From: Acidimicrobiia bacterium
GTDB taxonomy: Bacteria > Actinomycetota > Acidimicrobiia > Spongiisociales > UBA11373
Direction of reading: 5' to 3'
Assembly: GCA_040878325.1 (NCBI GenBank)
Contig: JBBDMM010000007.1
Location: 6,635-70,634 of the forward strand
Length of the DNA: 64,000 nucleotides
Below the pieces are notes generated by a model. The model was not told where the DNA came from and made no database searches. It worked only from the letters and a program-made list of their open reading frames with translations. Shown in pieces: positions 43,328 through 53,116 of the stretch. Each line of letters opens with the position of its first letter. Position 1 is the first letter of the stretch. The translations under genes and the position numbers were made by a program.

Positions 43328-45378
43328 CACCCGGCGGACGGTAGTGCGGCGACTCGATCGAGGCGGATGACGATCGTGCCCTCCTCGTCGGTTCGCCGCA
43401 CATCCGCCCCGCTGGCCTCCAGCGTCGCGATCACCTCGTCCGACGGATGGCCGAAGGTATTGGGGCCTACGCTGATCACCGCGATCTCCGGCGCCGACGC
43501 CTCCAACCACCTCAGATCCGAGGTCCGCGCTCCCTGGTGGGGCACCTTGAGCACGTCCGCCCTGAGAGGGCCCAGCTCCGCCTGGGCAATGGCTTCGATA
43601 TCCCCGCTGAAAAGGACCGAGGCTCCGGCGGCCTCGACCAACAGCACCAGGGATCCGTCATTGGGCGACTCGTATCGGCGGAGGGGTCCGAGGACCTCGA
43701 TGACGAATGACCCGACGCGGACCGCGGTCCCCACCGGCGGTGACTCGACCACCCCGCCCCCCGCCGCCACCTCGGCCGCAACCGAGTCGAGGGGCGACCC
43801 CTCTCCCAGCTGCGGAGCGTGCCACATCCTTACGACCCGGGCGACCGCAGTGACGCCCTCCAGCCCGGCGGCGTGGTCGGCGTGGCGATGGGAGACGACC
43901 AGGAGATCGATCCGCCGGACGCCCCGATCGCGTAGGTGGGCTCGCAGAACGGAGGGATCCGCGCCGCCGTCGATAAGAACCACTTCGCCCGCCGGCCCGA
44001 GGAGGAGGGAAGCATCACCCTGGCCCACGTCGAGGAACGCCACCGTGGGTTGGGATGGGAGCCCTGGCGGCACCAGCGCCGCCAGCACCAGTGCGGCCGC
44101 CCCAACTGCGGCAACCGGCCGCATCGGCCTGAAGCGAGCGGCCAGCAACCCGGCCGAACCGAGGCCGATCACCGCCACCACCCCGAGTTGAGGCAGACCG
44201 GCCGCCCCGCGCCCCACCGCCAGTACCCAGTATGCGAACTTCACGCCGGCGTCCACGAGGAGATCCAGATGAAGGACCGCTCCGACGCCACCGACCGAGG
44301 TCGCGACAGCCACCAGGGGCGCCGACACCAGATTCGTCGCCGGGGCGAGCAGCGGGATCTCGCCGAAGTGGTAGAGCAGCAGAGGTGCCACCGCGGTCTG
44401 CGCCGCCACGGTGGCCACCAGGATGGCCCACAGCCACCGGGGACGTCGTCCCGCGGCCAGCGGTGCGCCGAGCATGATTCCCGCCGTCGCCGCCACCGAG
44501 AGTTGAAAACCGACCTGTCCGGCAATGCCGCCGTCGAGAGCGATCAACCCTCCCACGGCGACGCCGAGAGCAGTCCATGGACGCACCGGCACCCCGGCGA
44601 TACGACCGCCCAGAACGATCCCCGCCATCGCCGCCGCCCGTACCACCGACGGCTCCCACCGGGTGACGATCACGAAGACGCCCAAGCCGATGAGCCCGGC
44701 GAGAGCGCGCCCACGAGGACTCCACCCCAAAGGGGCCACTACCAGCCACCAGGCCACGAGGAACAGCGCGACGTTGCTGCCCGAAACGGCCACGAAATGG
44801 CTGAGCCCGGCGAGGCGGAGCGCCTCGAGATCGGCTTCGGGAAGCCGGCTGACATCGCCGATCAGGAAGCCGGAGAGCAACGCGCCTTCTGGTCTCGCTG
44901 CCACCCGATCGAGACCGCCGAGCACGTGCGACCGCAGCCGGTTCCCCACCCGGTACAGCGGGTTGGCGGCGGCACCCAATCGCTCGATCTCCCGAGCATC
45001 GACCACCCCGCCCACCAGGGCACCCCGTACGCGGAAACTTCCGGCTCGTACCGAGCCGGTGACGAGCACCGGTTCCCCGGCAGCGATGCTCATCGGCACC
45101 TCACCCCGCACAAGCACCACCGGGAGGTCGGCTCGCACCCAAGCTCTGTCGACGAGCACCGACTCGGGGGCGACGACGATCCAGGGGGCAGATCGCGATC
45201 CCGAGGGATCGCCGACGGCTACCCCGACGAAGGTCAACGGACCGTCTTCGATCCCGGGCTGAGGCGCCCGGGCAACCTCACCGGAGTGGAGACCGAGCAG
45301 CAGGAGGACCGCCGTGCCCAGGACCAGTGCTCGACGACGCACCACCGCGGCCACGAGCAGGGCCGATACCAAGAGCAC
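43327..45378 (-). CDS. comEC: DNA internalization competence protein ComEC/Rec2
   Basis: Polytopic membrane region plus C-terminal metallo-beta-lactamase domain (HRHADH). Confidence 0.8.
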   Translation of the reverse strand: MLLVSALLVAAVVRRRALVLGTAVLLLLGLHSGEVARAPQPGIEDGPLTFVGVAVGDPSGSRSAPWIVVAPESVLVDRAWVRADLPVVLVRGEVPMSIAAGEPVLVTGSVRAGSFRVRGALVGGVVDAREIERLGAAANPLYRVGNRLRSHVLGGLDRVAARPEGALLSGFLIGDVSRLPEADLEALRLAGLSHFVAVSGSNVALFLVAWWLVVAPLGWSPRGRALAGLIGLGVFVIVTRWEPSVVRAAAMAGIVLGGRIAGVPVRPWTALGVAVGGLIALDGGIAGQVGFQLSVAATAGIMLGAPLAAGRRPRWLWAILVATVAAQTAVAPLLLYHFGEIPLLAPATNLVSAPLVAVATSVGGVGAVLHLDLLVDAGVKFAYWVLAVGRGAAGLPQLGVVAVIGLGSAGLLAARFRPMRPVAAVGAAALVLAALVPPGLPSQPTVAFLDVGQGDASLLLGPAGEVVLIDGGADPSVLRAHLRDRGVRRIDLLVVSHRHADHAAGLEGVTAVARVVRMWHAPQLGEGSPLDSVAAEVAAGGGVVESPPVGTAVRVGSFVIEVLGPLRRYESPNDGSLVLLVEAAGASVLFSGDIEAIAQAELGPLRADVLKVPHQGARTSDLRWLEASAPEIAVISVGPNTFGHPSDEVIATLEASGADVRRTDEEGTIVIRLDRVAALPSAG

Positions 45379-45470
45379 GACGAGCAGTCGAGGGCCGGCG
45401 GCGCCGAACCAGACTGCGGCGGCTCCGAAGAGGGCCTTCCGATCGATCCCGACAGGGATCCCAAGGCCAT

Positions 45471-46004
45471 TCAGGGAACGAGCACCATCTCCCGCAGCGC
45501 CGCCAGCTTCGCCTCACCGATCCCGGGGACGTCGAGCAGGTCCTCGACCACGGTGAAAGGCCCATGACGCTCCCGGTGCTCGACGATCCGCTGAGCGAGC
45601 ACCGGCCCCACCCCGGGGAGGGTCTCCAGGGCCACCGCATCGGCGAGGTTGATCGCCACCCTGCCGTCCTGGTGGCTGATCGCCGAGTCGTCCGGGCTGA
45701 CGGCGGGCACCACCAACTGCTGCCCGTTGACGACATTGGCGGCCAGGTTGAGCGCGGTGAGCAACGCGTCCGCCCGCGCCCCTCCCGCCGCCAGGATGGC
45801 GTCGGCGATCCGGGACCCGCCCGGTAGGGACACGAGTCCGGGCCGGACTACCGCTCCCGACACGTGGACGGTCAGGTGGGTCTCGGGGCGCTGCCCCGCC
45901 ACGACCTCGAAGGGCGGCGGCGTCGAATCGTTCGCCGGCCAGAGCAACAGGGCTCCGCCCGCCAGGGCGACCACGGTCGCGGCGGCGATCCAGGTGCGTT
46001 CCAC
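45471..46004 (-). CDS. comEA: ComEA (helix-hairpin-helix DNA receptor)
   Basis: SLH-like N-part and HhH tail INLADAVALETLPGVGPVLAQRIVEHR. Confidence 0.8.
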   Translation of the reverse strand: MERTWIAAATVVALAGGALLLWPANDSTPPPFEVVAGQRPETHLTVHVSGAVVRPGLVSLPGGSRIADAILAAGGARADALLTALNLAANVVNGQQLVVPAVSPDDSAISHQDGRVAINLADAVALETLPGVGPVLAQRIVEHRERHGPFTVVEDLLDVPGIGEAKLAALREMVLVP

Positions 46005-46138
46005 GGGGAAGACATATCAGCGGGGTGTGACGAGGGGAAGGGGGTCGATCGCCCGTCGACTGGGGAGACCGCGAGGCCGTGGACGGGGCGCACCGGCCAT
46101 GCAACACTTCGAGTTGACACGTCTAGGGGGAGATTCGC

Positions 46139-46330
46139 ATGGCTCGAAGAACCGGTCTGAATCTGAGCGCGCCCAAGGTGATCACCTTTGTGATCGCGGT
46201 GGTACTGATGGCAATCGGAATAGTCGGGTACTACACCGACGTCTTCGACCTAAAGGTCGATACGGCGTTCATGGTCCTCACCGGCGGTGGTGTCCTGCTC
46301 GCCATTTCGGTCCTGCTCAAGGACCTCTAA
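46139..46330 (+). CDS. Small membrane protein (63 aa)
   Basis: Two hydrophobic helices. Followed by a hairpin terminator. Confidence 0.4.
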   Translation: MARRTGLNLSAPKVITFVIAVVLMAIGIVGYYTDVFDLKVDTAFMVLTGGGVLLAISVLLKDL

Positions 46331-46346
46331 CCGCGACGAACTGCTC

Positions 46347-46380
46347 GATCCGCCCCCTGGTCCCAACCGGGGGGCGGATC
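46347..46380 (+). terminator. Rho-independent-like terminator hairpin gatccgcccc...ggggggcggatc followed by ttgtttc
   Basis: Perfect 10-bp GC stem followed by a T-rich tract. Confidence 0.45.
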
Positions 46381-46480
46381 TTGTTTCGGCACCCGCGTTC
46401 TTCGGAAGACTGAATGCGAAGAGCCGGAACTTGGCGGCAGCCCCTCGGCCCCGCCTCGAATCCGGCTCCGTGGCATCTCC

Positions 46481-46933
46481 CTAGCCTGTCTCCTCCCCGG
46501 CCAGCAAGCCGAGTTGGGTGAGGACTCCGAAAATGTCAGGTGCCGCCCAGACCTCTCCTAGCAGGCCGTTCTCGATCCGAAAGATGTCGATCTCCTGCGC
46601 TGTGATCTGCTTCCCGCTGGGCGGCGCGCCCATGAATTCACCCTGGTGCGTTGCTCTCGCCGTCACCCTGGCTACCACCCGATCGCCCTCTTCAATCAGA
46701 TCTTCTACCGCAATCGTCGCGTCGGGGAATGCGCCGTACCAATAGGCGAGTTCGGCCCGAACACCGTCGCGGCCCTGATTCGTGGAACTGTTGTTGATGA
46801 AGTCGGGAGCAACCATCTCGGCGACAGCATCGACGTCGTGACGGTTGTACGCCTCATACCATCGTCGGACCAGTTCCTTGTTCTCCTGCGACACGGTCTT
46901 CTTCCTTTCGTCCCGGGGTTTCGCGATCACCAT
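46481..46933 (-). CDS. SnoaL-like/ester cyclase (NTF2-like superfamily)
   Basis: RRWYEAYNRHDVDAVAEMVAPDFINN pattern. Confidence 0.6.
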   Translation of the reverse strand: MVIAKPRDERKKTVSQENKELVRRWYEAYNRHDVDAVAEMVAPDFINNSSTNQGRDGVRAELAYWYGAFPDATIAVEDLIEEGDRVVARVTARATHQGEFMGAPPSGKQITAQEIDIFRIENGLLGEVWAAPDIFGVLTQLGLLAGEETG

Positions 46934-47005
46934 GCCGCAATGTCGATTGCGACGCTTGGCATTCGAGACCTGGGAATCGACATCCAGAGGTGCAAGGAGA
47001 TGGCC

Positions 47006-47845
47006 CTACAGAAAGAGCACGGCGATCACCGTCACCAGGTTGAAGCCGGCGTGGATGGCGATGGCCCGGCCGAGCCTGCCGGTACGCGCCACCGAATATC
47101 CGAGGGCCATTCCCAGCACCAGGAACACCGGCATCGCCAACAACAGGTTGGGGTCGAGCAAGTGGAGGAGGGCGAAGGCGACGGACGAGCCGATCACGGC
47201 AGCCCGCATCCCATATCGTGATGCCAGCCCGCGCAGCAGCACCCCCCGGAAGACCAGTTCCTCCGAGATCGGGGCGAGCACGACCAGGGCAATGACCACC
47301 GCGATCTGTTCGAGACCGCCCACGGCGAGCCCGGCGTCGTCGACTATCTCTTGGGAAGGAAGGGTCCCGCCGAACAGCCCGAGTATCAACGCGATGAGAA
47401 TGCTCAATCCGAGTTGGAGACCTACGCCCTCGAGGAGACCCCGCCAATCCTGTGGCTCCGCCCTGAATGCCAGTGCTTCACGCCACGGCTCCCGGGTCCG
47501 CCCGAGCACCGCGATCCCGACGAATATCCCAAGGGCCTGGAACGGGGCGATGATCCCGAACAGCTCGAACACCGTGATCTCGTCGGAGCCGATGAAGGGC
47601 CCGGATGCGATCGCCCCGGCAATCCAGAAGAACAGGAGGTACAGAGCATCGATCGCCCGCCATGGCCGCCGATCAGCCCGAGAGTCGAGCGGCAGTTCCA
47701 CGCGCCTCCACCTCCAATCCAATCGCCCGGTAGGCGTCGTGGTGAGGCAGGCCGCCCCGTCGGCTCCGCAGGTAATCGCCCACATAGGACCGGAGCCAAC
47801 CGATTGCCCCCAGCCTCCTCCACTGTTCGATGTGGGTGAGCTCAT
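47006..47845 (-). CDS. CPBP family intramembrane glutamic endopeptidase (CAAX protease-like); start probably near 47701
   Basis: EELVFRG and FALLH motifs. The N-terminal part of the ORF overlaps the upstream gene. Confidence 0.6.
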   Translation of the reverse strand: MSSPTSNSGGGWGQSVGSGPMWAITCGADGAACLTTTPTGRLDWRWRRVELPLDSRADRRPWRAIDALYLLFFWIAGAIASGPFIGSDEITVFELFGIIAPFQALGIFVGIAVLGRTREPWREALAFRAEPQDWRGLLEGVGLQLGLSILIALILGLFGGTLPSQEIVDDAGLAVGGLEQIAVVIALVVLAPISEELVFRGVLLRGLASRYGMRAAVIGSSVAFALLHLLDPNLLLAMPVFLVLGMALGYSVARTGRLGRAIAIHAGFNLVTVIAVLFL

Positions 47846-48074
47846 GCACCATCAACGGCCCCAGATCGGCCAGCGAGGCACGGAGCCGGTCGGGATGGAC
47901 ATAGACCCCCCACGGGAGCGCCACGGCGGTGACGCCTCGGGCCCAGAAGAACCGGAACCAGCGGGCGGCCTCCCACACCGGGACGCGAGTGGCGTCGACC
48001 CGGGGAAGCGCCTGCGCCAGAGCCGCCCGGTCGATGCCGGCGGCATCCACGGCCTCGGCGATCGAGAACCTCAC
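47673..48074 (-). CDS. Hypothetical protein with HExxH motif (HELTHIEQW), DUF4157-like
   Basis: 133-aa ORF immediately downstream of leuS. Confidence 0.4.
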   Translation of the reverse strand: MRFSIAEAVDAAGIDRAALAQALPRVDATRVPVWEAARWFRFFWARGVTAVALPWGVYVHPDRLRASLADLGPLMVHELTHIEQWRRLGAIGWLRSYVGDYLRSRRGGLPHHDAYRAIGLEVEARGTAARLSG

Positions 48075-50809
48075 TGGACCACGTTGACGAGACTCGGTGG
48101 GCGCACGATCACCCGCCGCGGCTCGGCTCCCCCCAGTAGGGCCTGCACCTTCTCCGAGCCGAGTGCCAACTGGCGGGCCGCGTCTTCACCGATGGCGGCC
48201 GGCACCTCGATGCGGTCCCGCACCTTGCCGTTCACCTGGACGACCATCGTTACCGTCTCCTCGGCCGCGAGCGCCTCGTCGAACTCGGGCCACGGCGCCA
48301 TCGCGATCGACGGCTCGTGACCGAGGCGCTCCCACAACTCCTCGCAGATGTGAGGAGCGAGGGGGGCGAGCAGCCGGATGAAGACCTCGGAGACGACTCG
48401 CGGGACCCGCTCCAGGGGCACCAGGGCGTTGTTCAACTCGAACATTCGCGCCAGCGCGGTGTTGAAGCGGAGTTGGCCCATGTCCTCGGTTACCTCCCGG
48501 ATGGTCCGATGGAGCAGACGCAACGTCCCGTCGTCCGGGGACTCCTCGGTCACCAGCAGCTCGCCGCTGTCGGGGTCGACATGATTCCGCCACAGCCGCT
48601 GCAGAAAGCGGATCACTCCGACGATGTCGCGAGTGGTCCACGGCTTCGACGCGTCGAGCGGTCCCATGAACATCTCGTAGAGACGGAGCGTGTCGGCGCC
48701 ATGCTCGGCGACGAACTCATCGGGAGTGACGGAGTTCTTCTTCGACTTGCCCATTTTGCCGGTGCGGAGGTGCACCACCTCGTCCTCGTAGAGGTATGCC
48801 CCATCGCGGAACTCGACCTTTTCCGCCGGAACGTAGAAGCCCCGGTCGTCCTGGAAGGCGTCGGCGAGGATGTACCCCTGGTTGAACAGGCGCCCGAACG
48901 GCTCGGCGGTCGAGACCAACCCGAGGTCGTAGAGGACCTTGTGCCAGAAGCGGGCATACAGCAGGTGGAGGACGGCGTGCTCCACTCCGCCGACGTAGAG
49001 ATCCACCCCGTGCTCGCCCATCCAGTAGCGCTCGGCGGCCTCCCCGACAAGGCGTTCGGTGTTCCCCGGGTCGGCGAATCGCAGGTAATACCAGCAGGAG
49101 CCCGCCCATTGGGGCATCGTGTTCAGCTCGCGCCGGTAGGGCACGCCGTCGATCTCGACGACACGCCACTCCTCGTCTGCCCGGCCGAGAGCGGGAACCG
49201 GATCCGAGCGCTCGTCTTGATTCGTGTCCGGCTTGAAGTCGTCGAGAGCGGGCAGGAGCACGGGGAGGTCGGCGTCCTCCACTGCGCGCAACTCACCGTC
49301 AGGCCCGTGAAGGATCGGGATTGGCTCGCCCCAATACCGCTGGCGGCTGAACAGCCAGTCATGGAGCTTGTAGGTGATCGTCGCCCTGCCCAACTTGCCG
49401 TTCTTGAGCCACTCGATGATCCGTGCCTTGGCGGCGGCGACACTCAGACCGTCGAGGAACCCACTGTTGATGGCCGGTCCCTCTTCCAGGTAGGCCTTTC
49501 CGTCCCAGCCTGCCGGCGGGTCGACGGTCCGGAGGATCGGGAGATCGAACAGCTCGGCAAACTCCCAGTCGCGCTCGTCCTGCCCCGGCACTGCCATGAT
49601 CGCTCCAGTGCCATACCCCAACAGCACGTAGTCGGCGACAAACACCGGGATCGGTTCGTCGGTCACCGGGTTGATGCAGAACGAGCCGGCGAAGACCCCG
49701 GTCTTCTCCCGGGCCTCCATCTGGCGGTCGATCTCGGTGCGGCTGAGCGCATCGGCGACGTACGCGGTGACGGCCTCGCCCGGCGTGGCGGCACCACCGG
49801 TCCACACCGGGCGGGTCCCGGCGGGCCACTCTTCGACAACCAGCGAGGGGACGAGCGGGTGGTCCGGGGCCACGACCACGTAGGTCGCCCCGAAGATGGT
49901 GTCGGGCCGGGTGGTGAACACTTCGATCGCGCTCTCCCCGCCGGCAACCGCAAAGCGAATCGTCGCTCCTTCGCTGCGGCCGATCCAATTCCGCTGCATC
50001 GCCTTCACTGACTCCGGCCATTCCACGAGGTCGAGATCGTCGATGAGTCGGTCGGCATACGCGGTGATGCGCAGCATCCATTGACGCAAAGGCCGGCGGA
50101 ACACCGGATGATCGCCGCGTTCGCTCTTGCCGTCGCGGGTCACTTCCTCGTTGGCGAGGACGGTCCCCAGAGCCGGGCACCAGTTCACCATCACCTCGTC
50201 GATGTAGGCGAGGCGGCGACCATTCAGGTACCGCCTCCTGGCAGATGGGTCGAGGTCAGCCCATGGAGTTCCTTCCGCACTTCGCTCACCCGCCTCGAGT
50301 TCCTCTTCCAGCTCGTCGATCGGACGGGCGTGCTGGCGATCGGGGTCGAACCAGGAGCCGAACAGCCGCAGAAAGATCCACTGAGTCCACCGGTAGTAGC
50401 CCACATCCGTGGTCGACAGCATCCGGTCCCAGTCATACGACAGACCGATCGATCTCAGCTGCCGCTCGTAGTTGGCGACATTCCGCTCGGTGGTGATCCG
50501 CGGGTGGATGCCCGTCTCGACGGCGTACTGCTCGGCGGGGAGCCCGAACGCGTCGAACCCCATCGGGTGAAGGACGTTGTGGCCCCGCATGCGTTGATAC
50601 CGCGAGTAGATGTCGGTGCCGATGTATCCGATCGGCTGGCCGACGTGGAGCCCCTCCCCCGACGGGTACGGGAACATGTCGAGCACATACATCTTCGGCT
50701 TCGAGGCGTCGAAGTTCGGATCGTCGGGGTCACCCGCGCGAAACGTCCCGTGGCGGTCCCAGTACTCCTGCCACTTCCGTTCGATCTCGAGGTGGTCGTA
50801 AGCCGTCAA
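48071..50809 (-). CDS. leuS: Leucine--tRNA ligase
   Basis: HMGH-type motif region, KMSKS (KMGKSKKN), CP1 editing domain. No in-frame ATG before YDHLEIERKW, so a TTG (50809) or GTG (50839) start is inferred. Confidence 0.85.
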   Translation of the reverse strand: MTAYDHLEIERKWQEYWDRHGTFRAGDPDDPNFDASKPKMYVLDMFPYPSGEGLHVGQPIGYIGTDIYSRYQRMRGHNVLHPMGFDAFGLPAEQYAVETGIHPRITTERNVANYERQLRSIGLSYDWDRMLSTTDVGYYRWTQWIFLRLFGSWFDPDRQHARPIDELEEELEAGERSAEGTPWADLDPSARRRYLNGRRLAYIDEVMVNWCPALGTVLANEEVTRDGKSERGDHPVFRRPLRQWMLRITAYADRLIDDLDLVEWPESVKAMQRNWIGRSEGATIRFAVAGGESAIEVFTTRPDTIFGATYVVVAPDHPLVPSLVVEEWPAGTRPVWTGGAATPGEAVTAYVADALSRTEIDRQMEAREKTGVFAGSFCINPVTDEPIPVFVADYVLLGYGTGAIMAVPGQDERDWEFAELFDLPILRTVDPPAGWDGKAYLEEGPAINSGFLDGLSVAAAKARIIEWLKNGKLGRATITYKLHDWLFSRQRYWGEPIPILHGPDGELRAVEDADLPVLLPALDDFKPDTNQDERSDPVPALGRADEEWRVVEIDGVPYRRELNTMPQWAGSCWYYLRFADPGNTERLVGEAAERYWMGEHGVDLYVGGVEHAVLHLLYARFWHKVLYDLGLVSTAEPFGRLFNQGYILADAFQDDRGFYVPAEKVEFRDGAYLYEDEVVHLRTGKMGKSKKNSVTPDEFVAEHGADTLRLYEMFMGPLDASKPWTTRDIVGVIRFLQRLWRNHVDPDSGELLVTEESPDDGTLRLLHRTIREVTEDMGQLRFNTALARMFELNNALVPLERVPRVVSEVFIRLLAPLAPHICEELWERLGHEPSIAMAPWPEFDEALAAEETVTMVVQVNGKVRDRIEVPAAIGEDAARQLALGSEKVQALLGGAEPRRVIVRPPSLVNVVQ

Positions 50810-50905
50810 GTCCTGCCATCCGAGAGGATGCCGGAGAATAGACAGCACGCGTGAGACGGCGGCCAGCCGGGGAGCGGGCAGCCACTGATACAATCCGCCC
50901 ATTCC

Positions 50906-50978
50906 GGGGCTGTAGCTCAGTTGGCAGAGCACTTGCATGGCATGCAAGGGGTCAGGGGTTCAAATCCCCTCAGCTCCA
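50906..50978 (+). tRNA. tRNA-Ala (anticodon GGC)
   Basis: ggggctgtagctcagttggcagagcacttgcatGGCatgcaaggggtcaggggttcaaatcccctcagctcca. The G3:U70 Ala identity pair is present. Confidence 0.8.
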
Positions 50979-51041
50979 CCCGGTTCATGCCCGGGCCGAC
51001 TTCGGCGGCTTTGCCGCCGAACAGACGCCGGTCGGCCCGCC

Positions 51042-51547
51042 CTACCAGTGCTCGCGGTGGACGACTTCGTCGAGTGGCCTCCGGTTGGGTGATCGGATCG
51101 GGGCCAGCGGCCAGCCCGCGGGATATCCCAGCGAGATGATCGCGGCGCAGAATCTGTCTTCGGGGAACCCGAGCAACTGGCGCGCCAACGCCTGGTCGGC
51201 CACCGCGGCGTGGGCGGAGCCGATACCGAGGCCGGTGGCAGCGCGCGCGATGCTCATCGTTGCCTGCCCCAGGTCGTAGTAGAGCCAGTTCCTGGTCTCC
51301 TCCGTCGGGCGATGATGGCCACCGCCGCGGCGGCACCGGCGACGTGGCGGGCACCTTGCCACACGGCTGCGAGAGGTTCGAGGACGCCACGATCGGTCAC
51401 GACGACGAAGTCCCAGGGCTGCCCATTGCGCGACGACGGGGTGCGCCGGGCGGCCTCGAGCACCTTGTCGAGGTCGCCTGCAGCGATCGGCACCTCGGTG
51501 AACTCACGCACGTTGCGGCGGGACCGGACTGCCTCCCACATGTCCAT
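51042..51547 (-). pseudogene. Nitroreductase family gene with a -1 frameshift near 51300
   Basis: The N-half (MDMWEAVRSRRNVREF ... AAVAIIA) and C-half (RPTEETRNWLYYDLGQAT ... LGYPA) are in different frames. Adding one nucleotide in the GCC-CGA region restores ...AIIAPTEETRNW... Confidence 0.55.
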
Positions 51548-51558
51548 GGCTGCTCCGA

Positions 51559-51933
51559 TCAGCCCGGAGCAGCCTGGAACGCGAGCCGGGGGGCGTCTCG
51601 CCAAAGGCGCTCGAGGTCGTAGTACCGCCGGGTCTCGGCGTCGAAGAGATGGACCACGATGTCGCCGAAGTCGAGGAGCACCCAACCGGCGTCCTCTAGG
51701 CCCTCCCTCCGCAGGGGCTTACGGTCGAGCGCAGAGAGACGCACCTCGACTTCCTCAGCCAGAGACAGAACGTGGCGACGAGAGGTACCCGTTGCGATCA
51801 CAAAGACATCGGTGAGGACGATCACCGACGAGACGTCGAGCAGGGCTACGTCGAGGCCCTTCTTGTCGTCGACCGCAGACGCGGCTGCCTCGGCGGCTTC
51901 GGACGTGTCTGTGTGCAGAGCTATGGGTTCAAC
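51559..51933 (-). CDS. rsfS: Ribosome silencing factor RsfS (Iojap)
   Basis: DDKKGLDVALLDV ... DVFVIATGTS ... YYDLERLW. Confidence 0.7.
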   Translation of the reverse strand, partial: VEPIALHTDTSEAAEAAASAVDDKKGLDVALLDVSSVIVLTDVFVIATGTSRRHVLSLAEEVEVRLSALDRKPLRREGLEDAGWVLLDFGDIVVHLFDAETRRYYDLERLWRDAPRLAFQAAPG

Positions 51934-53116
51934 CCTCCCCGGACGGGATGTCGTCGCCCACGATGATAGATACGTCGACGACACCTGAAGGAGCGCGCAC
52001 CTCGAGAAAGAGGCTGCCGCGCCCGAGCAGCTCTACGATCTCGCGCGCCGTCGCCTGGTGCTCGCCGCCCTGCGCGATGACGAGGGTCACGGCATATTCG
52101 AACGTGTCCGCGTTGTCGGTACGCACCAACCGGAATCCGTGTCGGATGAGCACGTCGGCTACCACCCGGGTGGTGCCGATTCGACCGTTCCCATTCAGTA
52201 TCTCGATCCGGGGCCGACCTTCCGGCCGCAACAGCAGGTGGCCGATCCGCTCCGCGACGAAGGCGTCCGCTCGACCGGAGACGGGGGCCAGGCCGGATCC
52301 AGCCACCGACTCGGCTCGTTCGACAGGAATGGTGCCAACGACGCCGGCGTCGTGACCTGCAACCGTCACCAGGATGTCCGCAGCCGAGGTGCCTCCACCC
52401 TCCGCCAGCAGCCGATCGGCCACCCGGGGGTCGGCCGCCACCTGCTCCAGAATCGTCCGCCATGCCGCCCCCTGGCGTTGAATGAACTCGAAGACATCGC
52501 CCTCCCCGTGTTCCACCAGCAGGGTCTCGAGCATCTCCGGGGTGACCACCGACGGGCCGGCCGGGACCAGTCGCTCGATGCCGGCATCGCCCCGGGCGAA
52601 CAACGGTGCAGTCAGGTCCACCGTCACCGGGCCCGGCATGGCCGCAGCCACCGCACCGCGCTCGAGCGCGACCACCTGGTCGATCCTCACTCCGAACTGG
52701 TTGGTCACCGCGAGCGCTGCCAGATCGGGACCCTCGAAATCGAGGGCGTCGACCAGACGGAACTCTCCGAAGCCGGGGACCGCGAGCAGCAGAGTCTGCG
52801 GCAGCACGATCACGGTCGGGGTCCCGGACGGTGACACCGCGACCAGGGCAAATGCCGAGCCTCCTTCGGCGGACCCGAGGGTCACCAACATCGAGCGCGA
52901 TTCCCCCACCACCCGCGAGTCGATCTCGGCTTCGGGAATTGCGGCGGCTAGGTCTCTCAGGCTGGTGCTCCACCCTGCCACCACGCTCTGCGCCTCTGAT
53001 GCGCGAACAGCCACCCAGTCGCGGTAAAAGTAACCGGCCGCTGCGGCGACCATGGCGAGGCCGACTGCGAGGACAATGACGAGCCGGCGGCGCTTACGCC
53101 CAGGCATAGAGGTCAT
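51929..53116 (-). CDS. LCP/LytR_C-domain membrane protein
   Basis: N-terminal TM. C-terminal LytR_C-like segment RIEILNGNGRIGTTRVVADVL. Confidence 0.55.
   Translation of the reverse strand: MTSMPGRKRRRLVIVLAVGLAMVAAAAGYFYRDWVAVRASEAQSVVAGWSTSLRDLAAAIPEAEIDSRVVGESRSMLVTLGSAEGGSAFALVAVSPSGTPTVIVLPQTLLLAVPGFGEFRLVDALDFEGPDLAALAVTNQFGVRIDQVVALERGAVAAAMPGPVTVDLTAPLFARGDAGIERLVPAGPSVVTPEMLETLLVEHGEGDVFEFIQRQGAAWRTILEQVAADPRVADRLLAEGGGTSAADILVTVAGHDAGVVGTIPVERAESVAGSGLAPVSGRADAFVAERIGHLLLRPEGRPRIEILNGNGRIGTTRVVADVLIRHGFRLVRTDNADTFEYAVTLVIAQGGEHQATAREIVELLGRGSLFLEVRAPSGVVDVSIIVGDDIPSGEG

Noticed and set aside
43936-45567. 543-aa plus-strand ORF
   Set aside because: It is antisense to comEC and is R/G/H-rich with no domain signal.
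50851-51390. ORFs overlapping tRNA-Ala and the nitroreductase locus (50851-51279, 50917-51390)
   Set aside because: They overlap a tRNA gene, or are alternate frames of the nitroreductase pseudogene.
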